From positions 1,086-65,085 of the forward strand of contig JAAEQF010000118.1 of NCBI GenBank assembly GCA_024231695.1: 64,000 bases of DNA. Direction: 5' to 3'. Numbering within the stretch: position 1 is the first letter of the stretch; each line of letters opens with the position of its first letter. Below the pieces are notes generated by a model. The model made no database searches. It was not told the origin of the DNA and saw nothing but the letters and a program-made list of their open reading frames with translations. The DNA is from FCB group bacterium. Lineage in GTDB: Bacteria > Zixibacteria > MSB-5A5 > GN15 > JAAZOE01. Position numbers and translations under genes: made by a program. This document shows positions 47,080 through 57,001 of the stretch, one piece after another.

Positions 47080-48237
47080 TTGCCAAAAAAACCTCGTGAC
47101 AAATGGGACAAGCTGGATATACTCCTGAAGCCGGCCGGAGGAATCATGGCCGCCGTTCTCATCGCTGGAATCGGCTTTTTTGGTTCCGGTTATCTGGAAA
47201 AGCGCCAGGACAAAGAGATGCGCACTCGGCTTTATACGGAGCTAATCAGCAAACGCGAACAGTCCGAGTCGGTTTTGCGCAAGGATATGTTCACCAAAAT
47301 CATCGATAAGTTTCTGTCCTCGGATACGTCCGGGTTAGAGGGGAAAGTCCTTAATCTCGAACTCCTGGTTTACAATTTTCACGAATCGCTTAACCTCAAA
47401 CCCCTTTTTAACCACGTGATCCGCGAGCTTCCTGAATCTCTGGATCCGAAGTCCAATGATTTTTTGAAGCGACTGCGCCGGGTGGCCGGGGAAATCAAGA
47501 ATAAACAGGCGGCAGTACTTGGTGACCATGGTATCTTTCAGGATATCGAGTTTAAATGCCCTAATGCATTTATGAGTCTGCCCGATTCCGTGGAAGTATT
47601 GCCTCCCATATTCCGTAAGGGATTTTGCCTTGAACTCGATTCGATTGTAAGATATTTCATAGTTGAAATTCTGGAGATTGATTCTGGAAGCCGGGAAATT
47701 GAAATCAATCTTGAAATAATCACTCCAATCGGTGAAAGGGCAATACTTTGGATTACAGATACTGTTTGTTCCGATACTTCAGAAAATATCTTCGACCTGG
47801 ATTATAAGGCTCTTTCCGGACTTTTGGAGGACAGTCTTCACAGTAATGATCTCGTAAGTATAATCATGGAGGAGTATATTACCTCGATGACCGAGTTCGT
47901 GGATCCTTTTGCCGATCCGATCGAAGCAAGTCCATTAGCAAGCAAGCCCCCTCCTGAAAAACAAAAACCAGACCCGAAAGATGCACTGGACATGGAGGAC
48001 AATCATTTCGGCGTCGATTTCTTTGACTTCCCAATGATCGACAACACCCGCCTGGGGCAAAAGGATCATCGTCTGGCAATCGTCTTGACTCGATGGCAGC
48101 CTGATCCTGAAAATGAGGATTCTATAACCGCAATAGAAATGAAAGCAATATGTTTTCCCGGCTCGTATGCCAGTCTAAAAGACCGGCCGTTTTACGATGA
48201 CATCGTCAACAAACTAATGCCGGAAAAGGATGATTGA
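47080..48237 (+). CDS. Hypothetical membrane-anchored protein
   Basis: A single TM (GGIMAAVLIAGIGFFGSGYL), then about 340 aa with no recognisable motif. The start codon is uncertain (TTG abutting the previous stop). Confidence 0.45.
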   Translation: MPKKPRDKWDKLDILLKPAGGIMAAVLIAGIGFFGSGYLEKRQDKEMRTRLYTELISKREQSESVLRKDMFTKIIDKFLSSDTSGLEGKVLNLELLVYNFHESLNLKPLFNHVIRELPESLDPKSNDFLKRLRRVAGEIKNKQAAVLGDHGIFQDIEFKCPNAFMSLPDSVEVLPPIFRKGFCLELDSIVRYFIVEILEIDSGSREIEINLEIITPIGERAILWITDTVCSDTSENIFDLDYKALSGLLEDSLHSNDLVSIIMEEYITSMTEFVDPFADPIEASPLASKPPPEKQKPDPKDALDMEDNHFGVDFFDFPMIDNTRLGQKDHRLAIVLTRWQPDPENEDSITAIEMKAICFPGSYASLKDRPFYDDIVNKLMPEKDD

Positions 48238-48297
48238 CGGATATCCTCCCGTTTGCATTTTCCGCCCTGTTAATTCGGAAAAGTATTTTCGAGGCAT

Positions 48298-48338
48298 AAA
48301 AAAAGCCAGTGAGTCTTAGTTGACTCACGGGCTTTTTT
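48298..48338. terminator. Bidirectional rho-independent terminator
   Basis: GCCAGTGAGTC-TTAGTT-GACTCACGGGC stem with one mismatch, flanked by A7 upstream and T6 downstream. Serves both the 47080..48237 gene and the secG/tRNA-Leu transcript. Confidence 0.7.
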
Positions 48339-48346
48339 AATCTTTA

Positions 48347-48430
48347 TGCGGAAGGCGGGACTTGAACCCGCACAGGCGTTAGCCCGCCACCCCCTCAAGA
48401 TGGTGTGTCTACCGGTTCCACCACTTCCGC
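48347..48430 (-). tRNA. tRNA-Leu (anticodon GAG), long variable arm
   Basis: Hand-folded: acceptor GCGGAAG/CTTCCGC, anticodon arm CCATC-TTGAGGG-GGTGG, extra arm, T-arm GCGGG-TTCAAGT-CCCGC. Confidence 0.9.
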
Positions 48431-48443
48431 ATTATAAAAGTCT

Positions 48444-48857
48444 TTACTGCGAATCGGAAGGCGGCGGAGTATTGAAAATATCTTCCGCTGTAGCCGCATC
48501 ATCGGTGGCGCCTTCAACCGGCAAAGTCTGCTGCTGGGCCGCCTGTTGTTGCGCTTCCGCGTCTCGCTGAGCCGCTTCGCTAACGGCCGACGATGAACCG
48601 GTCACAGCCGATTGGTTGGCGCTGGATGACATGAGCGACAATCCCAGACAGGATACCATAAAGGCAATGGCCAAAATCGTTGTGGCGCGGGAAAGGAACG
48701 ACGCGGCTCCCCGGCCGCCAAAAACGGCGCCACTTACACCGCCGCCGCCTCCAAAAGCGCCGGCCAGCCCTTCACCTTTGGACGATTGCATAAGTACCAC
48801 CACTACCAGGGCGATACAAATCAGAACATGAATAATAAGAAATACAGTGAAAAACAA
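48444..48857 (-). CDS. secG: Preprotein translocase subunit SecG
   Basis: MFFTVFLIIHVLICIALVVVVLMQSSKGEGL N-terminus, a second TM, and a Gln/Ala-rich tail. Confidence 0.85.
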   Translation of the reverse strand: MFFTVFLIIHVLICIALVVVVLMQSSKGEGLAGAFGGGGGVSGAVFGGRGAASFLSRATTILAIAFMVSCLGLSLMSSSANQSAVTGSSSAVSEAAQRDAEAQQQAAQQQTLPVEGATDDAATAEDIFNTPPPSDSQ

Positions 48858-48871
48858 TTTCTACCTCCAGC

Positions 48872-49627
48872 TTAAACCATCGCGTTCACAATCGCCGCGA
48901 AATCGTCGGCTTTAAGGCTGGCTCCTCCAACCAATGCACCGTCGATATTTTCCTTCGCAAACAGTCCGGCCGCGTTCGATCCCTTGACCGAACCACCGTA
49001 TAATATCGTTACCTCTTCGGCAATCTTGCTGCCATATTTGTCGGCCAAAAGTTTTCGAATAAATCCGTGTACTTCCTCGGCCTGTTCCGGTGTCGCTGTC
49101 TTGCCAGTCCCAATAGCCCAGACCGGTTCATAAGCGATAACCGTTTTCTTCATATCCGATTCAGACAAAGAATCGAGTGAGCCGCCAAGCTGCCCCTCGA
49201 TTACCTTCTCGGTGTTTCCGGTTTCGCGCTCTTCAAGCGTTTCGCCGACACAGACGATCGGCACCAGACCGGCGCTCAAGGCCTTTTTAGCCTTGATGTT
49301 AACCGCTTCATCGGTCTCTGAAAAGAGGGCTCTCCTTTCAGAGTGACCCAATATAACATGGCTACAACCGCTTGTCAACAGCATTTCGGCGGCGATTTCG
49401 CCGGTAAAAGCACCGGAATCGGCCTCGTGCATATGTTGCCCGCCTATACGTATTTCGCTGTCTTTCAGGGACATAGCAATTTCGGTCAGGGCCGTGAAAG
49501 GCGGACAAACCAAAACCACTGGATCAGTGACTTTGCCCACCAGATCTTTCAGTCCCTCGATCAGGACCCGACCCTCGACCACGGTCTTGTTCATTTTCCA
49601 ATTGCCGGCTACGATTTTTTGTCTCAC
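48872..49627 (-). CDS. tpiA: Triosephosphate isomerase
   Basis: AGNWKMN, GHSERR, AYEPVWAIGTG. Confidence 0.95.
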   Translation of the reverse strand: MRQKIVAGNWKMNKTVVEGRVLIEGLKDLVGKVTDPVVLVCPPFTALTEIAMSLKDSEIRIGGQHMHEADSGAFTGEIAAEMLLTSGCSHVILGHSERRALFSETDEAVNIKAKKALSAGLVPIVCVGETLEERETGNTEKVIEGQLGGSLDSLSESDMKKTVIAYEPVWAIGTGKTATPEQAEEVHGFIRKLLADKYGSKIAEEVTILYGGSVKGSNAAGLFAKENIDGALVGGASLKADDFAAIVNAMV

Positions 49628-49636
49628 CTGATTCTC

Positions 49637-50845
49637 CTATACCTCAATGATGGCATCGGTTAAGGCAGCGATACCGGGTAAGCTTTTACCTTCGAGGAAT
49701 TCGAGCGAAGCTCCTCCCCCAGTTGAAATATGAGTGATGCGATCTTTGACTCCGGCTTTAATCGCGGCTGCAGCAGAATCACCACCGCCGATAATCGACA
49801 CTGCACCGTTGTCAGTTGCCAGTGCCATCTGCCCCGCCATGGCAACCGTACCCAGAGAAAACTGGGCATATTCGAAAACACCCATCGGGCCGTTCCAGAC
49901 TATCGTTTTGGAGTCGGCCAGGATACCAGAAAACAGTTTCAATGTATCCGGACCTATATCCAGACCTTTCATATCGGCCGGGATATCATTGATGCCGACA
50001 ATTTTCAAATCAGCATCCTCGTCGAGTTCAGCCGCAATGACGCAATCGACCGGTAGAAGAAATTTCACAGAGTGCGATTTGGCCTTATCCAAGATTTCAC
50101 GGGCCAGTTCGATCTTATCCTCTTCCAACAGCGAAGTACCGATTTCCATGCCCATCGCCTTGAAAAATGTAAAGGCCATGCCGCCGCCAATGAGGATATT
50201 GTCAACCTTCTCGAAGAGATTATTGATGACATCGATTTTACCCGAAATCTTGGCTCCCCCTAAAATGGCCGTAAACGGGCGAGCCGGATTAGCCAGCGCT
50301 CGACCAAGATATTCTATTTCTTTTTCAATCAGGAATCCGGCAACAGATCGGTCGAAATGTTTGGTCACGCCCTCAGTTGAGGCATGAGCCCGGTGGGCCG
50401 TCCCGAAGGCATCGTTGACATATAAATCGGCCAGAGAAGCCAGCTTTCCGGCAAAGTCCGGATCGTTATCGGTTTCCTCATTGTGGAAGCGAAGGTTTTC
50501 CAGAAGCAGGCATTGTCCATCGGCCAGAGCATTTGCCTTCTGCTCGGCCTCTTCTCCGATACAATCGGCGGCGAACTTGACCGGTGCCCCCAGAAGATCG
50601 GCCAGATGTTCGGCCACTGGCCGCAGACTCATTTCCGGGACAACCCGGCCCTTGGGGCGGCCCAGATGCGAGCAGAGAATCGCCCGCCCGCCGCCGTCCA
50701 GAATTGTGCGAATGGTGGGCAATGAGGCTGTGATGCGGCTATCATCGGTAATCCGGCCGGAACCATCGAGCGGAACGTTGAAATCGACCCGAACCAGAAC
50801 CTTCTTTCCGGAAACAGCGATGTCCTTAACGGTCAGCTTGTTCAT
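49637..50845 (-). CDS. pgk: Phosphoglycerate kinase
   Basis: [11 protein letters not shown] and GGGDSAAA. Start at the Met after GGGAGA. Confidence 0.95.
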   Translation of the reverse strand: MNKLTVKDIAVSGKKVLVRVDFNVPLDGSGRITDDSRITASLPTIRTILDGGGRAILCSHLGRPKGRVVPEMSLRPVAEHLADLLGAPVKFAADCIGEEAEQKANALADGQCLLLENLRFHNEETDNDPDFAGKLASLADLYVNDAFGTAHRAHASTEGVTKHFDRSVAGFLIEKEIEYLGRALANPARPFTAILGGAKISGKIDVINNLFEKVDNILIGGGMAFTFFKAMGMEIGTSLLEEDKIELAREILDKAKSHSVKFLLPVDCVIAAELDEDADLKIVGINDIPADMKGLDIGPDTLKLFSGILADSKTIVWNGPMGVFEYAQFSLGTVAMAGQMALATDNGAVSIIGGGDSAAAAIKAGVKDRITHISTGGGASLEFLEGKSLPGIAALTDAIIEV

Positions 50846-50920
50846 ATTCTCTCCCAAGACCCTGTCCGATTAAAAACAGGGCGTAATGAGTAGATTGATT
50901 TCAAAATAAAAGGCCGGTTA

Positions 50921-51916
50921 TCAGCCCATCATTCGGCAAACCATATCAACCATCCGATTGGAGAAGCCCCATTCATTGTCGTACCAGCTGAACACCTTGG
51001 CCATTTTGCCCGAAGCCATAGTCATGGCCGGATCAAAAACAGACGAATGCGGGTTGCCGGTGACGTCAATGGAGACTATCGGATCTTCGCAGTATTCAAA
51101 GATACCTTTCATCGGACCTTCAGCCGCCTTTTTCATGGCTCCGTTGATAGCTTCTACGGTGGCCTCTTTTTCCAGGAGGACAACCAGATCGACGATGGAG
51201 GACACCGGTGTGGGGACACGAATGGCACAGCCGTCCATGCGGCCTTTTAACTGCGGTACAACCTCGGCAATGGCCTTGGCCGCGCCGGTTGTGGTCGGAA
51301 TCATTGACAATGCCGCCGAACGAGCCCGACGCAAATCCTTGTGTGGAGCATCCAGCAGACGCTGGTCGCCGGTGTAAGCATGAATGGTGGTCATGTAGCC
51401 TTTTTCAATACCGAAAGTATCGACTAAGACTTTACAAACCGGAGCCAGACAGTTGGTCGTACAGGAACCGATGGAGATGATGTTATGCTTGGCCGCATCA
51501 TAATTTCCGTCATTAACACCGAGCACATAAGTGCCGTCGATGTCCTTGCCGGGAGCAGAGACCAAAACCTTTTTCGCGCCGGCAGAGATATGTTTGCCAG
51601 CCGTGTCTTTGGTACGGAACAGGCCGGTCGATTCGACGATGATATCAGCGCCCAGTTTGGCCCAGGGTAGATTACCAGGATCGCGTTCGGCCATAACCGG
51701 TACTTTTTTGCCGTCCACGACCAGCCCGGCATCATCGTATCCGACAGAACCGGGATATTTGCCCTGCGTCGAATCATATTTTAAAAGATAAGCCAGTGTT
51801 TTGGCGTCGGTGATATCGTTAATCCCGACTATTTCGATTCCGCCTTGCTTTGCGGCGGCCCTGAATACCAAGCGGCCGATGCGTCCAAAACCATTGATTC
51901 CCACCTTGACAGCCAT
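50921..51916 (-). CDS. gap: Type I glyceraldehyde-3-phosphate dehydrogenase
   Basis: INGFGRIGR, SCTTNCLAP, WYDNEWG. Confidence 0.95.
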   Translation of the reverse strand: MAVKVGINGFGRIGRLVFRAAAKQGGIEIVGINDITDAKTLAYLLKYDSTQGKYPGSVGYDDAGLVVDGKKVPVMAERDPGNLPWAKLGADIIVESTGLFRTKDTAGKHISAGAKKVLVSAPGKDIDGTYVLGVNDGNYDAAKHNIISIGSCTTNCLAPVCKVLVDTFGIEKGYMTTIHAYTGDQRLLDAPHKDLRRARSAALSMIPTTTGAAKAIAEVVPQLKGRMDGCAIRVPTPVSSIVDLVVLLEKEATVEAINGAMKKAAEGPMKGIFEYCEDPIVSIDVTGNPHSSVFDPAMTMASGKMAKVFSWYDNEWGFSNRMVDMVCRMMG

Positions 51917-51939
51917 AGTGCCCTCCGTGAATTCAACTC

Positions 51940-52620
51940 TTATTTTTTATGAAGAAAGTAAGCCACTCCAACCGATATAGCCATCCCGGAATAATCGGTG
52001 AGACCGGCCAAATTGTCGCCAAAATCGATCCAGTGGTACTTACCGTTAATATTCAAGCCCAACTGCTCGGACAGAGGTATGTCGATGCCCCCGCCTAAAA
52101 CAACCAGTAAATCGGTTTGCGATTCCTCGTTAAAATATAAAGGAAGCGATGGACCGATTACAATATCCGTGCTCTGTTTACCAACTACCACGCCGCCGCC
52201 GCCAATCAGATAGGGTCGAAAACGCGATTCCCCCCCGGCCAGAGGCGTAACTTTCAACTGCAACAGCATTGGATACAAATTGATCGTGCCGACATATTTA
52301 TTGTCGCCATCCAAATATGTAGCGTCGCCGCGAGTTGAAACACCCAGCGAAAGTTCCCCGATAAGTGCCGGAGTAAAACGGTGGTCGTAATATATTTCGG
52401 TATAGAAGCTGGCATCGGGGAAATCGGCGGTAACATTGGATTCGTTGACGTCTCCTCCCTGACCAACCCAGGCTCCGATCCTTAGACCAACCATCGAAAA
52501 TCGAGCTGGACTGAGCCGGTTGATCTCCGGCTTGTCCGCCGCATGTGCTGATCCGGAGAAAAACGGCAGAGCGCATATTAACAGGCCAATGACAATCGCT
52601 TTGTTTAGGGTCAACATCAT
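51940..52620 (-). CDS. Outer-membrane beta-barrel protein (OmpW/OmpA-barrel-like)
   Basis: Signal peptide ending SAHA, alternating strand pattern, C-terminal aromatic-rich VGVAYFLHKK. Confidence 0.55.
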   Translation of the reverse strand: MMLTLNKAIVIGLLICALPFFSGSAHAADKPEINRLSPARFSMVGLRIGAWVGQGGDVNESNVTADFPDASFYTEIYYDHRFTPALIGELSLGVSTRGDATYLDGDNKYVGTINLYPMLLQLKVTPLAGGESRFRPYLIGGGGVVVGKQSTDIVIGPSLPLYFNEESQTDLLVVLGGGIDIPLSEQLGLNINGKYHWIDFGDNLAGLTDYSGMAISVGVAYFLHKK

Positions 52621-52882
52621 CCTCCGTGGTTTCTAAATCCTGCGTCGCAATTTACATTCTACGTATCATAAATATATTGGCCCAATGATTTATTTCAGGT
52701 AATCCAAAAATCGTCTCTTTCACCCATATACCAGCGTTCAGATTTTCGTATATTATATGGCAACGCGAAACGTCTGAGTCAAGGCTAAAGACCTAATATT
52801 TCCGTTGAACCCCTCTTTTGCCCTCGACACTTCCCGCTCCCGAGCCGTTAACAGCATTAGAGCCAATAGAGAATATTTGCCG

Positions 52883-54085
52883 CTACGATGAGATCTCCTC
52901 GGCGTCCCGATTTACATTTTCCTTGGCCGCTGAGGCGGCAAGTTCTTCGAGTCTTTCGGCGGACACCCCGAGGGAAATACCTAGTGACTGGGCGATTGCG
53001 ATATAGGGCGAATTCAGCGGAACCGTGCGGACTTTGCCTGCTGCGTCAGCCATCGGAATCGATTTGACATCGGCTCCCTTAAGAACCACCAGCCGCCCAA
53101 ATTGATTATCGGCCGCCAGACGCACCGCCTCACTACCGAAACGCGTTCCCAGCAGGCGATCATAGGCCGTCGGCGAACCACCGCGAACCAGATGGCCCAG
53201 AATCGTCACCCTTGTTTCCAGTCGGGTCAGGCCCTCGATCTGCGCCGCCAGTTGATGGGAAATGCCGCCCAGACGGATGGCATCGGGCGAGGTTTCGATG
53301 CGACGCTTGACAACCATATCGCCGCCCTCTGGTTTGGCTCCCTCGCCGATTATGATAATTGAGAAGTTCTTGCCCTGCCGATTGCGTTCTTTGATCTTGT
53401 CACAAACTTCGGCCACATCATAAGGGATTTCCGGAATCAGAATAATATCGCCGCCGCCGGCCAGACCGGAAGTCAAAGCCAGCCATCCGGCATACCGGCC
53501 CATGACTTCAATAATCATCACGCGATGATGCGATTGAGCCGTGGTATGAATTTTGTCCACCGCCTCGGTGGCCGTCACCAGAGCCGAATCAAATCCAAAT
53601 GTCTGGTCGGTGCCGAAAAGATCGTTGTCGATAGTCTTGGGAACGCCGACAATATTGATCCCCAGTTCACAGAGTCTGGCTGAAGCGGCCATGGTACCAT
53701 CGCCGCCGATGGCGATCAGGCCGTCGAGACCAAGACGTTCATAATTGGCCACCAGTTCCGACGATCGATCCAGATAAATATATTCTTCCTTCTGAAGAAT
53801 AGGAAAATTAAACGGGTCGGCCTGATTGGAAGTACCCAGAATCGTCCCCCCGAGGGTCAGGATACCGGAAACCGCGCGTTTGTCCAGGGAAATGTAATTA
53901 TTGAGAATCATCCCCTCGTAACCGTCACGAAAGCCGATTATCGACATATCAAAATCGTTGATCGCTGTTTTGACCACCGCTCGCAGGACCGCATTCAATC
54001 CCGGGCAATCGCCTCCTCCGGTGAGAACTCCTAATTTCAAACTTTCCTCCCGAGGTTTGTCCACTTTATTTACTTGTCGGGCCAC
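52883..54085 (-). CDS. pfk: 6-phosphofructokinase (ATP- or PPi-dependent)
   Basis: GVLTGGGDCPGLNAV, IGGDGT, PKTIDNDL, MGRYAG. Confidence 0.9.
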   Translation of the reverse strand: MARQVNKVDKPREESLKLGVLTGGGDCPGLNAVLRAVVKTAINDFDMSIIGFRDGYEGMILNNYISLDKRAVSGILTLGGTILGTSNQADPFNFPILQKEEYIYLDRSSELVANYERLGLDGLIAIGGDGTMAASARLCELGINIVGVPKTIDNDLFGTDQTFGFDSALVTATEAVDKIHTTAQSHHRVMIIEVMGRYAGWLALTSGLAGGGDIILIPEIPYDVAEVCDKIKERNRQGKNFSIIIIGEGAKPEGGDMVVKRRIETSPDAIRLGGISHQLAAQIEGLTRLETRVTILGHLVRGGSPTAYDRLLGTRFGSEAVRLAADNQFGRLVVLKGADVKSIPMADAAGKVRTVPLNSPYIAIAQSLGISLGVSAERLEELAASAAKENVNRDAEEISS

Positions 54086-54139
54086 AACTTAGGCATCCTT
54101 TTTATATAACATCGGCCCTTTATTCGGATAATTCAACCC

Positions 54140-55705
54140 TTATGACTGCCGTTCAAAACAAATCCGGCCGTGTGGATAATCGATCAGCAATCTGAAATCG
54201 CGCATAATGCCCACACCCAAGAGGCCCTCGATATAATCCGGCAATGGCAGCCCCGAAAAGTCCTCCGATATCAACACCGATTGCTTCTCCAAAATTATTC
54301 GGCCGAGGCGAAGGGAATCGATTATGGCTGAGGCCATTGACTGACTACCGCCGATTCCGCCCATATTAACTCTTCCCAAACTATCGCCGATCTGCTCCTT
54401 CAACATCGGATAGAGCCGGGCGTTCCCTCTGATGACCATAGTCGGTTGCGCACCCAAATCGACTCCCAGGCGAATCGGCTGTCCATTGATAAATCCTTCC
54501 ATAACCGGTATTTGGGCGAAGATGTCAATCGGTACTATCTCGCCGTTGGCTGGAAGGTTTTCATATTCAGGATGATAGACCGTCATTTTTTCAGCAACAA
54601 AATCTATTTTCATCGGAAACCGGGCAAAAAAATCATAACCAAGTACTCCATCCAAATCGGCCAAAAGTCCTCCGGCGATGGTTTCCAAATCAAGGATGGT
54701 AATACGATCCAGATAAAGCGACAGCCCGCCGAAATTGAGCGAATCAATCTCACCGAAACCGATGCGACTGTATCCTCCGACACCCCTCGCCGGCACTTCG
54801 CCAACAACTTTGATCCCCAGCTCATCGGCCAGACTTGCGGCCACGAATGTCATCCCCGCCCCGCTGTCCAGAAGAAACATAAACGGCCCCCGGCCGTTGA
54901 TCATCGTTTCCAACTGAATGTGATTATTCTCGAAATGAAACGGAAGGACCACCGAATCGGCCCCATCGGCAAAAAGGAAATCATCACCGGATTTGCCGGG
55001 GATCGCAAACAGCGAATCGGGCAAGTTTTCATTGATCCGAAGGGAATCCATCCACCCCTTTACTTCGTAGGGCGCGCCGACAGTTTTACTGACCATGACA
55101 AAGGGAATATAAACCCCTTCTATTTGGCGGAAATCGCTGTAAGAGGTCATCATCAACAATCCGGTAATAACCTCACGTCGAAAATCAACCTGGCCGGTGG
55201 AGGTATTGATATAAATCGACAGCGAATCACCGCCTTCGGGAAAAAGAGCCAGCTTGTGATATTTCCCGCCATCGATCAGGGTATCGCCGCGATAAACCGT
55301 CCGCCCCGGATTGCCACCCGGCAACGCGTATGAGTAACTTTGATAATACATTTCATTGATCATCGGTTTGAGCGTTTCGGCGATATCCCGCTTGACTATT
55401 CCATTGGGATCGATCGACCAGCCGGTCAATCCATTAAAGCCCATCACTTGAGACATGACACCCATATCAATTTCGGCCCGGTACTGGAACGGATATTTGA
55501 CCCAGCCGATCTGAGTGCCGCTCATACCCATGCCTTCTACAGTGGCATAGGAAATTACTGATTTGATGCGGGATAATGCCTCCCGCCCGCCCAAAGCTTT
55601 GATATTTTTATCCAGCACGGTTTCCAGAGTTTCGGCCGCACCGGTCGAAATCAAACCGCCGCATATTAGCATAGCGGTAAATATCAAAATCACCATTCGT
55701 CGCAT
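54140..55705 (-). CDS. Secreted protein with two retropepsin-like aspartyl protease domains
   Basis: Signal peptide. FLLDSGAGMTF (DSG) and a second degenerate VDLGAQPTMV site. Confidence 0.55.
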   Translation of the reverse strand: MRRMVILIFTAMLICGGLISTGAAETLETVLDKNIKALGGREALSRIKSVISYATVEGMGMSGTQIGWVKYPFQYRAEIDMGVMSQVMGFNGLTGWSIDPNGIVKRDIAETLKPMINEMYYQSYSYALPGGNPGRTVYRGDTLIDGGKYHKLALFPEGGDSLSIYINTSTGQVDFRREVITGLLMMTSYSDFRQIEGVYIPFVMVSKTVGAPYEVKGWMDSLRINENLPDSLFAIPGKSGDDFLFADGADSVVLPFHFENNHIQLETMINGRGPFMFLLDSGAGMTFVAASLADELGIKVVGEVPARGVGGYSRIGFGEIDSLNFGGLSLYLDRITILDLETIAGGLLADLDGVLGYDFFARFPMKIDFVAEKMTVYHPEYENLPANGEIVPIDIFAQIPVMEGFINGQPIRLGVDLGAQPTMVIRGNARLYPMLKEQIGDSLGRVNMGGIGGSQSMASAIIDSLRLGRIILEKQSVLISEDFSGLPLPDYIEGLLGVGIMRDFRLLIDYPHGRICFERQS

Positions 55706-55765
55706 GGTTATGCAAACCTCCCTTAATTCAAACAACTATACGCAAATAATCGAAACGAAAAGGCC

Positions 55766-57001
55766 TCAATATTCCTGCCAGCGATAATCGGCCAGAACCA
55801 ACATGCCGATCAGCACCCAGAAAAAAACAAGCGAAGTACCGCCATAGCTGACAAACGGCAACGGCAGACCGGTCACCGGCATTAACCCCAGAGTCATGCC
55901 GATGTTGACCATCATCTGGAAAAAAATAATCGTCACCGCTCCCCAGGCAATTGTCCCCATAAAGGTCGAACGGCATTTGGCGGCTATTTTCATTCCTCGA
56001 ATCAGAATAAAAGCGAATAGACCGATGACTACGGCACAGCCGACAAAGCCAAGTTCTTCGCCCAGCACAGAGAAGACAAAATCGGTATGGCGAACCGGCA
56101 AATATTCCAGTCGTGATTGTGAACCATCCAAAAAACCTTTGCCGAATAGTCCGCCCGATCCGATGGAGATGATGGATTGAATAATCTGGTAACCGGCCCG
56201 TTGAGGATCACGACCGGGATCGAGAAAAATCAGGATTCTCATTTTTTGATAATCAGCCAGCCGGTTCCAAACCATCGGCGTCATCATCCCGAAAGCAAGA
56301 TTGACAATGGTGGCCGACACTCCAATCAGGACTCCGGGGCGGCCGATAAATAGCATGATCAGAAAGAGGACCAGATAAATAACCCAGGCCAGCCAGTGAA
56401 AGGCAGTAATCATGGAAATAATCGGCGAAACGATCAGGATCAAGTACAACGGCGACAGTCCGGAGAAAAACCAGAGGGAAAAGAGAATCACGAAATAAAC
56501 CAGCGAGGTTCCCAAATCGGGTTGTTTAAGAATCAACATTACCGGGATAATGGTCAAAATAAGCGATAACACCAGCCGTCGGATCGATTCCGGGGGTAGT
56601 TTGGTATAGGCGAAAAAGCGAGCCAGAGCCATCAGCACCGCCAGCTTGGCGAACTCAGATGGTTGGAAATTAACCGGGCCGAGTGAAAACCAGCGAGCCG
56701 CGCCCATTTTCTGGGCACCGACGATAACAACGGCAGCCAACATTACCAGCATCAACAAATAGAACAGATAAGCGACAAAATCGTAGAAACGAGGTGGCAT
56801 GGCGACGGTGACGCTGAAGGCAACCAAGGCGATAACCAGCCAGATCGATTGCTTGACATAATGTTTCTGATCTGTAGTATTATCGCTGTAATACTGGGCC
56901 GAAAATATCAGCAAGATACCGATTACCGAAAGCAAAAGCGCGGCCGTGATCAGCTTCCAGTCCAGATTCGGCAGAGCCAATGGATTTAGGCGTCCCATCA
57001 C
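55766..57001 (-). CDS. rodA: Rod shape-determining protein RodA (SEDS family)
   Basis: 10-TM FtsW/RodA/SpoVE pattern, ...TDFVFSVLGEELGF..., LPFVSYGGTS. Overlaps mrdA by 4 nt. Confidence 0.9.
   Translation of the reverse strand: MMGRLNPLALPNLDWKLITAALLLSVIGILLIFSAQYYSDNTTDQKHYVKQSIWLVIALVAFSVTVAMPPRFYDFVAYLFYLLMLVMLAAVVIVGAQKMGAARWFSLGPVNFQPSEFAKLAVLMALARFFAYTKLPPESIRRLVLSLILTIIPVMLILKQPDLGTSLVYFVILFSLWFFSGLSPLYLILIVSPIISMITAFHWLAWVIYLVLFLIMLFIGRPGVLIGVSATIVNLAFGMMTPMVWNRLADYQKMRILIFLDPGRDPQRAGYQIIQSIISIGSGGLFGKGFLDGSQSRLEYLPVRHTDFVFSVLGEELGFVGCAVVIGLFAFILIRGMKIAAKCRSTFMGTIAWGAVTIIFFQMMVNIGMTLGLMPVTGLPLPFVSYGGTSLVFFWVLIGMLVLADYRWQEY

Noticed and set aside
48346-48570. 74-aa plus-strand ORF.
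   Set aside because: It overlaps the tRNA-Leu gene and the antisense of secG. It is spurious.
49734-50387. 217-aa plus-strand ORF, plus other antisense ORFs across pgk, gap and tpiA.
   Set aside because: It is antisense to pgk, whose identity is unambiguous, and it is Ser/Ala/Pro-rich.
54446-55333. 295-aa plus-strand ORF.
   Set aside because: It lies entirely antisense to the 54140..55705 protease-like gene. Its composition is low-complexity and Arg/Gly/Pro-rich, typical of a shadow ORF.
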